This document shows positions 6,395-13,536 of a DNA stretch of 20,000 nucleotides, piece after piece. The notes beneath the pieces were generated by a model. That model saw nothing but the letters and a program-made list of their open reading frames with translations, did no database searches and was not told where the DNA came from. The stretch is taken from IMG/VR virus record IMGVR_UViG_3300024235_000284; one strand, given 5' to 3'. The position numbers and the translations under genes were made by a program. Origin of the DNA: an uncultured virus (IMG/VR IMGVR_UViG_3300024235_000284). Its lineage: Duplodnaviria > Heunggongvirae > Uroviricota > Caudoviricetes. Numbering within the stretch: position 1 is the first letter of the stretch; every line of letters starts with the position of its first letter.

Positions 6395-8011
6395 ATGTAC
6401 AACAATACTAAACGTAACAAAAACATATCCCTAGCGAACCTATTCCTAGGTTATACCTTATCTGTAATCTTCATCATACTGCTGATGTCGAACGTTAACA
6501 GCTCTAGAGATTCGGTTGAGATTATCACAAGGGTCGTTGAGGTCAACAACACAATTGTCGAAGATAGATTAGTATATACACCATCACATGCACCATCAGT
6601 TCAATATGTTGATCATCTGGATGTTGGTATCAACAAGAGCGTGAGACATGATTGGATTGATCGAAATCCGAACCAGATTGGTATAAATACAGTTGATGTC
6701 GATAGCATTCATAGTAGAACTTGGAATGGTGGTTCTGATCCTGATATTGTTGCTCATGACATAAACACACACAAGCGTGACACAAACAACCATTCACGAC
6801 GGTCACTCACACGCAGATTACACTCACATGATGTGTTAGAGAACCACGATCCAGGTTTGTTGGATCGTAGGATACAACAGATGGAGGATGATGAGATTGG
6901 TTTGAGTTTCAATGATGGAGTTGATATTAGCAATTTAACAGTTGCGGGTAGGGGTGATGATATGGAGCTAGGTGATGTGATGAAGTTCCATGCGAGATCA
7001 AAAGCTGGTGATGTTGCAGGTGGTGGTCAATTGTTCGCATACAGTTTTCCAAGTCAGGGTGTTGGTGCAGGTGTCGGTAGCGGGTCAGTAGGTGCAACCT
7101 CCGGTGGTGGAGCCGGGATAGGTGCTGGTATCGGAGAGGCAATCACCGGTGGAGATAGTGTACCAACACTGGGTGGGGTTGGTACATACATGAACTTGGG
7201 GAATGCACCAGATGTTGGTGGTGTTGGTGGATTGGTTGCTGGTGGGGGTGCTGGTGGTGCAGCTGGGCTGTACACTGGTAAGGTTATTGAGGTTCTTGGA
7301 ATCAATCCTGGACCTGGAACCGGTGCATCTGAGGGATACAATTACGATCATCTACCACGAGATGGTGCTCTTCACATCATGATGCATGTTGATGGTAGTG
7401 GTAGCATTCTCAACACTAGAAAGCAACTGGATATAATGAAGGATACATTGCTGAAGCGCGCGTTGTTACCATATTATAACAATGACGTGGATCTGTACAA
7501 TCGTAGAGTAACTATAGTGTCAACATCTGGAGAACGTACTCTGCAGTTTTTCAAGGAAGCAGCAGAAAAAGACAATGTTTTGGCGATCGCTTTTCAAGAT
7601 GAGGCTCAACCAGCATATCATTTGCCTAACTTCAATAAACAACCGGAGGAGCACTATCTTGACGACATTAATGAGCTTAAAGCGTCACTTGACGGTTATA
7701 CCGGGTTGTACAGAGGTGTGATGTTTCAGGTTGATAGAGGCAAGACGTTTGCTAAGAGTTTCAAGGAGTTTGTGAATAATTCTTTCAAAGGTGAGGGTTA
7801 TCTCGAGAGCAGCAATTTAAAAAATTACTACAGGGACAACAACACAGACAATATAAGGAACAAGGATGGTATTGTGTTTAGTGATGAATATCATGCAAAA
7901 GATTCTGGAGACCCTACATACTACTTGAATTTGATCTTGACCGCAGCCAAAAGAGTTGGACTGGATTTAAGTGTTAATAGTGGTGGACTTACAGACGGTA
8001 AGAATATATAA
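6395..8011 (+). CDS. membrane-anchored protein with Gly-rich linker and C-terminal vWA-like domain
   Basis: N-terminal TM (LFLGYTLSVIFIILLM); H/D-rich region; Gly-rich low-complexity tract; IMMHVDGSGS is a beta-strand plus DxSxS MIDAS-like motif at 7391-7405. Confidence 0.65.
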   Translation: MYNNTKRNKNISLANLFLGYTLSVIFIILLMSNVNSSRDSVEIITRVVEVNNTIVEDRLVYTPSHAPSVQYVDHLDVGINKSVRHDWIDRNPNQIGINTVDVDSIHSRTWNGGSDPDIVAHDINTHKRDTNNHSRRSLTRRLHSHDVLENHDPGLLDRRIQQMEDDEIGLSFNDGVDISNLTVAGRGDDMELGDVMKFHARSKAGDVAGGGQLFAYSFPSQGVGAGVGSGSVGATSGGGAGIGAGIGEAITGGDSVPTLGGVGTYMNLGNAPDVGGVGGLVAGGGAGGAAGLYTGKVIEVLGINPGPGTGASEGYNYDHLPRDGALHIMMHVDGSGSILNTRKQLDIMKDTLLKRALLPYYNNDVDLYNRRVTIVSTSGERTLQFFKEAAEKDNVLAIAFQDEAQPAYHLPNFNKQPEEHYLDDINELKASLDGYTGLYRGVMFQVDRGKTFAKSFKEFVNNSFKGEGYLESSNLKNYYRDNNTDNIRNKDGIVFSDEYHAKDSGDPTYYLNLILTAAKRVGLDLSVNSGGLTDGKNI

Positions 8012-8012
8012 T
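7984..8012 (+). promoter_or_regulatory. possible sigma70-type promoter for tmRNA
   Basis: TGGACT-N17-TATAAT ending 8 nt before the mature 5' end. Confidence 0.35.
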
Positions 8013-8020
8013 ATATTAAC

Positions 8021-8420
8021 GGGCCTGTAAAGGATTCGACGTTCATTGACAGTTAACTACGGCAAGTGAGAGAGATGCCTGGCTCTCTAATAAGGCATAA
8101 AAGTCCTAAATGGCGAAGGTTATTCAACCATTGAAGATCTTCTTGATGCAGCTCGCGAAGAGTACGACAACATGGTCGACTTCGAAGCCGCGCAAGAGCT
8201 CTTCGAAATGGCAGCCTGAGTGCTGTCTCAACCGTTAAGCGACGCTTGATAGTTTAACGGTTGTCATTATCGAGCAAAACCAGATATGTTGTTGATTGAT
8301 GACTGGTCAAATCGAAATCAAATAGGGTGTTGGTAACCGAAAACAACCAACTAAACTTGTGAATGACGTGTTAACCAGAGATGTTAACGGACGCCGGTTC
8401 GACTCCGGCCAGGTCCACCA
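8021..8420 (+). ncRNA. ssrA: tmRNA (transfer-messenger RNA)
   Basis: 5' GGGCCTG...GGATTCGAC; 3' T-arm GCCGG-TTCGACT-CCGGC then CAGGTCC-A-CCA. The acceptor stem has the G3:U alanine identity pair. PK1 is AGAGAG/CTCTCT plus ATGCCT/AGGCAT (8069-8098). PK2-like AACCGTTAAGC/GTTTAACGGTT with GCTTGATA/TATCGAGC. Internal tag ORF ends AA-stop. Confidence 0.95.
8112..8219 (+). other. tmRNA tag reading frame (35 codons + stop)
   Basis: Resume context TAAAT|GGC after PK1; encodes GEGYSTIEDLLDAAREEYDNMVDFEAAQELFEMAA*. Confidence 0.75.
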
Positions 8421-8445
8421 ATTTTAATATCATAACAATTCAGAC

Positions 8446-8453
8446 GATAAATA
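8446..8453 (+). promoter_or_regulatory. late promoter variant GATAAATA
   Basis: 5 nt before ATG 8459. Confidence 0.6.
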
Positions 8454-8458
8454 ATTTA

Positions 8459-8800
8459 ATGAAACTACACATATCAATACTACTGATCTTGTTTGGCAGC
8501 TGCACGATCCAACCAACAACTACAAAAACTGAAGCTGTTGACTATAGCAAGCATGTTGACATCATCATGCAGGATCTTGATAACAAGCAAAGAGAGCTTG
8601 TGATTCTCCGAGAGATAAAACTAGCACAGGACAACAATGATACAGATGCATATGAGTTTTTCATGCAAGAGTATTTTGATGTGCCTAGATTGAAACTCAC
8701 TGCTGACCAGAAACAACACCCACAATACAGAGAGTGGCTGACTGATGAACAGATAAAGTCTGCAGCTTACATGTCTGTAGAATTTGATTACGTCAAGTGA
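8459..8800 (+). CDS. putative lipoprotein
   Basis: Re-started at ATG 8459: MKLHISILLILFGSC, a type II signal with lipobox-like FGS-C; 113 aa. Confidence 0.7.
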   Translation: MKLHISILLILFGSCTIQPTTTKTEAVDYSKHVDIIMQDLDNKQRELVILREIKLAQDNNDTDAYEFFMQEYFDVPRLKLTADQKQHPQYREWLTDEQIKSAAYMSVEFDYVK

Positions 8801-8830
8801 TACGCTCCGGTTGTGTTTACCAGTTGCTTT

Positions 8831-8838
8831 AATAAATA
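8831..8838 (+). promoter_or_regulatory. late promoter variant AATAAATA
   Basis: 5 nt before ATG 8844. Confidence 0.6.
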
Positions 8839-8843
8839 CAGGT

Positions 8844-10913
8844 ATGAAGCATTTGTTATTGTTAATACCGTTAATTGTCGGAGCAGTCGCCACTACATGC
8901 AAAGGGACCACTAGAATATATCATAAAACCGGTGGGTCGGTTGAAGGTACAATCCTTGAGGCCAATGAAACACACATGTTGTTTCAACGTGCAGAGGATC
9001 TGCAACAGTACAGGTTACTGATCGATTCATTGGCAGAGAACTCACAGCAACTGGTGGACTTGTATCATAGAACCGAACGTTACAGCACAATACCAAAAGT
9101 CAAAACTCCGGTTGAGACAAAAACGCTGGAGAAATACACTAGATATATAGACGAGTTGATATTTCAGGATTTACGAAGCAAACGAATATCACCAACAGAT
9201 AAGGTGGATCAGTACACTTTTGTTAGAAGATTGTACCTGACCACAATAGGGCGTATACCAACATACACAGAACTAATGGAGTATGTTGATGATCGTGACA
9301 GTGACAGAAAAGACAAATTAATTGTGCGTTTACTCAATTCAGAAGGATATGTCAATCATCAAATGAACTGGTGGATGGACATGTTGAGGATACAAGATCG
9401 TCCTCAAAATATCAACATCAATGCAGGTGGTATCTACAGAGAGTGGATGAGACAAGCATTGAGAGACAACAAACCGTACAATAAAATTGTACAGGAATTG
9501 ATTGCTAGCAACGGATCACTCTACGGTGGGTCTCCAGAAGTCAGTTATTACTTACGTGATCGTGGCATGCAGGAAGACAATTTATCTCACACGGTGCGTG
9601 TGTTCCTGGGCACTCGACTTCAATGCGCCATGTGTCATGATCATCCGTTCGATAGATGGACGCAAAAAGAATTTTACGAGTTGACGGCGTTCACCAGTGG
9701 GATCGGACAGGTGAGAATTAAAGACTATCAAAAAGTTTACGGGCAGTTGAACAAAACCATTAGAGATAATCCAGATGACAATACCGGTATATATAACAAC
9801 TGGCGCAATCAGGTGAGGGATTCTCTGGCGATCGGATTGGAGAACAACGGTACCGGCATGATCAAACTACCAAGGGATTTTGCGGCGGACAACGCTAATC
9901 CATTTGACATAGTTTATGCAAAAGCCATATTCACACCAAAACCTGTGTTTGACCCGACTCTACCAAATTCACAAAGCAGAGTGGTGTTCGCTGACTGGTT
10001 GACTAGTGTGGATAATCCTAGATTCACCACCATGATCGCTAACAGGTTATGGAAACACGTGTTTGGCGCGGCCATGATCGAGCCAATAGACACCATGATG
10101 GATGACACTCTGCCAAGCAACACCGCGCTGATGAAATACCTAGAAAGATTGATGGTGAGTGTCGATTATGATATCAAGGAGTATTTGCGCATCATACTGA
10201 ACACAAAATTGTTTGAGCGTGAGGCGTTGAAGCAGGATTTCAAGAGCCTGGAAGAGTACAGCTTCGCAGGACCGATGGTCAAGCGTATGACCGGTGAGCA
10301 AATATGGGATTCCCTTGTGACATTAGTGTATAATGACATTGATTCACCGGAACGTATCTATCTACACAATCAACAAGACTACACTGATATTTATGAGAGA
10401 TACAGGGAGATGACTGGTGAGGAGATATATGCAGATTTTAAAATGTTAGTTGAGAAGAATCCTGGTAACAGAAATTTTCTCGAGGTGATAAGAAAGGAAG
10501 CATCAGGTTACACCAAAGTCAAACCCATATCTGATCGTGGATTGGTGCGCAGTAGCTATTTACAATCACCAACACCTGGTGGTCATTTGATACGTCAGTT
10601 TGGTGGTAGTGATCGTTTACAGATTGACAACAGTAACTCTGAACCTAACACCACTCAAGTGCTCAACATGCTCAATGGATTTGTTGAGAAAAACATCATT
10701 GGTAACAAGAACGCTGATTTCATCACATTTATGAAAACCCATAAATCCAAATCCAAACAGTTAGAGACAATATTTCTATCCATACTAGGAAGAAAACCCG
10801 ACAGTAGAGAGTTGAGTGATTTGAAAGGGTTTCTAAGTGAAGATGATCCGAATAGTTACAAGCATGTGGCATGGATTCTACTGAACACACATGAATTTAT
10901 GTTTGTACAATAA
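8844..10913 (+). CDS. secreted DUF1549 (PSCyt2) + DUF1553 (PSD1) protein with N-terminal SHD1-like domain
   Basis: Signal peptide MKHLLLLIPLIVGAVA; FVRRLYL..IGRIPT; W.D.LR; NKPY..IV.ELI; FLGTRLQCAMCHDHPFDRWTQ.EFY; WLTS.DNPRF....ANRLWK..FG; KRMTGEQIWDS; FGGSDR; Q.L.MLNG; ILGRKP; W.LLNT.EF. Confidence 0.9.
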   Translation: MKHLLLLIPLIVGAVATTCKGTTRIYHKTGGSVEGTILEANETHMLFQRAEDLQQYRLLIDSLAENSQQLVDLYHRTERYSTIPKVKTPVETKTLEKYTRYIDELIFQDLRSKRISPTDKVDQYTFVRRLYLTTIGRIPTYTELMEYVDDRDSDRKDKLIVRLLNSEGYVNHQMNWWMDMLRIQDRPQNININAGGIYREWMRQALRDNKPYNKIVQELIASNGSLYGGSPEVSYYLRDRGMQEDNLSHTVRVFLGTRLQCAMCHDHPFDRWTQKEFYELTAFTSGIGQVRIKDYQKVYGQLNKTIRDNPDDNTGIYNNWRNQVRDSLAIGLENNGTGMIKLPRDFAADNANPFDIVYAKAIFTPKPVFDPTLPNSQSRVVFADWLTSVDNPRFTTMIANRLWKHVFGAAMIEPIDTMMDDTLPSNTALMKYLERLMVSVDYDIKEYLRIILNTKLFEREALKQDFKSLEEYSFAGPMVKRMTGEQIWDSLVTLVYNDIDSPERIYLHNQQDYTDIYERYREMTGEEIYADFKMLVEKNPGNRNFLEVIRKEASGYTKVKPISDRGLVRSSYLQSPTPGGHLIRQFGGSDRLQIDNSNSEPNTTQVLNMLNGFVEKNIIGNKNADFITFMKTHKSKSKQLETIFLSILGRKPDSRELSDLKGFLSEDDPNSYKHVAWILLNTHEFMFVQ

Positions 10914-10941
10914 TTCATAATTGGAAAAGGTCATATTTTTT

Positions 10942-10949
10942 TATAAATA
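10942..10949 (+). promoter_or_regulatory. T4-like late promoter TATAAATA
   Basis: Perfect consensus, 5 nt before ATG 10955. Confidence 0.75.
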
Positions 10950-10954
10950 TATAC

Positions 10955-12226
10955 ATGATGAACGATATAAACAGAAGACAATTTATTAATGGAATAGCCA
11001 AAAGCTGTCTTGGTGTGAGTGCCATACTGACAGCTGATGACCTATTAAGTGTGGAGTTATCCAGACAAGTGGCCACCGCGAGAAGTGTGATCTTTCTGTA
11101 CATGGGTGGTGGAATGACACATATTGACACTCTAGACCCGAAACCAGACAATACTGATGTGATGGGTGAAACTTCGGCTATCAAAACCTCAGCAGATGGT
11201 ATACAGCTTGGTCACTGGTTGCCTAAAACCGCTCAACAGATGCACAATGCCACTTTGATACGTTCATTGAACACCAATCAAGGTGCGCATGCTCAAGCTA
11301 ATTATTTATTACACACGAGTTACCAACGACGTGGTACCATAGTGCATCCAACCATGGGAGCTTGGGTGAGTCGATTCACAGAAAAATTAAACAAAACATT
11401 ACCATCAAACGTGAAAATCAACGGAGGTAGTGACGTGTTGGGAGCTGGTTATTTTGAGAAGAAACATGGTCCGTTACCACTTGGTAATCCTAGTGCTGGT
11501 ATTCAAAATGTAGTTAAGTCTGGTTATCTTGATGAGAGCATGTACAACAAACGTTTAGATATCTCGAGTAAATTCAACAAAAATTTTCTAGGGACTTATC
11601 CACAAAAACAAGTACGAGCATACACTGATCTGTATGATGATGCGATCAAGTTAATGAAGAGTGATGATTTGAAGGCTTTTGATCTGTCTAAAGAGTCTCA
11701 ACAGATACGTGACGAGTATGGTGACAACAATTTCGGTCAGGGTTGTTTGTTGGCAAGAAGACTAGTGGAAACCGGTGTTAGATTTGTGGAGGTGCAACTA
11801 GGTGGATGGGACATGCACAATCAAGTGTTCAACTCTCTAGAGACAAAAGCGGCTGAGCTTGACTCAGGACTGTCTTCGTTGCTTGTGGATTTGAACAGAC
11901 GTGGCATGTTGAATCAAACGCTTGTTGTGCTGGCCAGTGAGTTTGGTAGAACTCCGGAGGTCAAGCCTGGTAGAATAGGGAGAGATCATCACCCATCTGC
12001 GTTCAGTGCGTTGTTGGCTGGTGGAGGAATCAAACAAGGTTACGTGCATGGTATGTCAGACGATCGCGCTCATTATGTTGAGGAGAATGGTGTTGGTATG
12101 GAGGAGCTCAATGCAACTATAGCGCACACCATGGGACTAAGGATAAACAAAACTATCTTCTCACCAGGAGGCAGACCATTTCAAGTGTCACATGGAGCTC
12201 AGCCCATCGTAGATGTCCTCTCTTGA
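10955..12226 (+). CDS. DUF1501 domain protein with twin-arginine (Tat) signal
   Basis: NRRQFI Tat motif; VIFLYMGGGMTHIDTLDPKP; FGQGCLLARRLVE.GVRFVEV; GWDMH; TLVVLASEFGRTP; GRDHHP; LLAGGGIK.G. Confidence 0.92.
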   Translation: MMNDINRRQFINGIAKSCLGVSAILTADDLLSVELSRQVATARSVIFLYMGGGMTHIDTLDPKPDNTDVMGETSAIKTSADGIQLGHWLPKTAQQMHNATLIRSLNTNQGAHAQANYLLHTSYQRRGTIVHPTMGAWVSRFTEKLNKTLPSNVKINGGSDVLGAGYFEKKHGPLPLGNPSAGIQNVVKSGYLDESMYNKRLDISSKFNKNFLGTYPQKQVRAYTDLYDDAIKLMKSDDLKAFDLSKESQQIRDEYGDNNFGQGCLLARRLVETGVRFVEVQLGGWDMHNQVFNSLETKAAELDSGLSSLLVDLNRRGMLNQTLVVLASEFGRTPEVKPGRIGRDHHPSAFSALLAGGGIKQGYVHGMSDDRAHYVEENGVGMEELNATIAHTMGLRINKTIFSPGGRPFQVSHGAQPIVDVLS

Positions 12227-12410
12227 TCAAGATTCGCTCACGGTACAAAAAATCATGTTAACTGAGATGTGGCAAGATCATGAGTACTTACAAGTTGGTG
12301 AATTTATCAAGAGCGTTGGGTGGACAGCTAGCGAGACTGTAGATTTTGCTGCGTATTTCTGCAAATATCTAGGAACTAAACAACTAGAAATATTGCATAA
12401 ATTCATTTGA
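12213..12410 (+). CDS. hypothetical protein
   Basis: 65-aa ORF overlapping the DUF1501 3' end and filling the gap before the next promoter. Confidence 0.6.
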   Translation: MSSLDQDSLTVQKIMLTEMWQDHEYLQVGEFIKSVGWTASETVDFAAYFCKYLGTKQLEILHKFI

Positions 12411-12413
12411 AAC

Positions 12414-12421
12414 AATAAATA
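12414..12421 (+). promoter_or_regulatory. late promoter variant AATAAATA
   Basis: 5 nt before ATG 12427. Confidence 0.6.
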
Positions 12422-12426
12422 ATAAC

Positions 12427-13029
12427 ATGAAGGATCGTGATCAACAACTACTATGGGAAGCGTACGTTACTGAAAAGAGTGATGTAGCTGAACGTACACC
12501 ACCAAAAGACAAGTTAAACAAGGGTGATTTTTTACCCAAAAAGGTCCGGGATGAAATTAATGATGAGGAGGATGTTGCTGAGGAGGGTACAGATGGTAAT
12601 ACTGATGATTTAAATCCTGCGGAGAAGGCCAAGCTCGCGGCTGATGCTGCTAAGAAAGGTAAAGGACCTCTCAAGGAGGACGATGAAGTGCAGGAAGAAG
12701 GTGAGATGGGCGTCGCGAATGCCGCATCTGAAGGCATGGGATTGAGCCCAGATGCGGGCATGACAAACATGGAGTTTTCCGCGGCCGGGAGAGAGAATCC
12801 AGAGCAGATGGTATTTGATGCTGTGCTCAGTTGGATGCGTGCAGACACTGAGGGTCTAATGACCCCAGAGGACTATGAAGGTTACAGCATGAACACAGCA
12901 TTTGATGATGCTAAGGATTTTATCAGACAATCGCTCCAGGATATATCATTTAGTGAAATTAAAGCACATCTCAACGACACTGTGGATATAGGATACGATT
13001 CAAGTGTGACTACAGAAGAAGAATATTAA
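12427..13029 (+). CDS. acidic hypothetical protein, putative head core/internal protein
   Basis: 200 aa, very E/D-rich, N-terminal DQQLLWEAY, repeated [VL]xE sites. Confidence 0.75.
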   Translation: MKDRDQQLLWEAYVTEKSDVAERTPPKDKLNKGDFLPKKVRDEINDEEDVAEEGTDGNTDDLNPAEKAKLAADAAKKGKGPLKEDDEVQEEGEMGVANAASEGMGLSPDAGMTNMEFSAAGRENPEQMVFDAVLSWMRADTEGLMTPEDYEGYSMNTAFDDAKDFIRQSLQDISFSEIKAHLNDTVDIGYDSSVTTEEEY

Positions 13030-13032
13030 CAG

Positions 13033-13506
13033 GTGACATTACGTGATTTATTGAATCATGTATTAGATCGCGGATACTTCAACAAATCCGTCAATTATAT
13101 ACGTTGTGTTGATCCGATCGTGTCAGAAAGATCAGTAGAGCGAGTGTTCGAACAATATACTAATGCTGCAAGGGAGCTGATAGAATTACCTGGAGATGAC
13201 ACTTACAAGGACCATGTGATTTCAATCAAGGGTATAGTGAGTGACAAGACAGAAACGAGTGATGTCACCCTGTTTGATGGTACTGAACATCATTCCATGG
13301 ATTTCATTGACTGGAACGATTTGATCGATCTAGAAATCGAGGATACAACTAGTGTCAATTTGAGTGAGATGTTGGCACATGTGTTGTATGAAATAACCTG
13401 GTGGGGGTTCACAAGAGAGACTGTACGTCAGCAAGGAGAGGATTTGTTGAGGCAGTCTAATAGTGATAATATTGTGGAGTTCTCATTAAGTGCATTGGGT
13501 AGTTGA
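13033..13506 (+). CDS. hypothetical protein (LAHVLYEITWWGF motif)
   Basis: 157-aa ORF with GTG start 3 nt after the upstream stop. Confidence 0.7.
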   Translation: MTLRDLLNHVLDRGYFNKSVNYIRCVDPIVSERSVERVFEQYTNAARELIELPGDDTYKDHVISIKGIVSDKTETSDVTLFDGTEHHSMDFIDWNDLIDLEIEDTTSVNLSEMLAHVLYEITWWGFTRETVRQQGEDLLRQSNSDNIVEFSLSALGS

Positions 13507-13531
13507 TTTCCCGGGTGTTGTATACTATAAT
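13503..13531 (+). promoter_or_regulatory. sigma70-type (early) promoter
   Basis: TTGATT (13503-13508)-N17-TATAAT (13526-13531); same TTGATTTC -35 context as the promoter at 1852. Confidence 0.75.
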
Positions 13532-13536
13532 TAGGC

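Noticed and set aside
7005..7330. GGT-rich repetitive tract as repeat array or CRISPR
   Set aside because: No fixed repeat unit or spacers; explained by Gly-rich coding. The antisense Pro-rich ORFs (7054-7341, 7085-7351) are its shadows.
8385..8420. Stand-alone tRNA suggested by GGTTCGACTCC...CCA
   Set aside because: There is no anticodon arm; it pairs with 8021-8027 as the tRNA-like domain of the tmRNA.
8381..8458. ORF-track start of the 139-aa ORF at 8381
   Set aside because: It overlaps the tmRNA 3' end; ATG 8459 gives a clean signal peptide and the 5-nt promoter spacing.
8784..8843. ORF-track start of the 709-aa ORF at 8784
   Set aside because: ATG 8844 follows the late box and begins the signal peptide.
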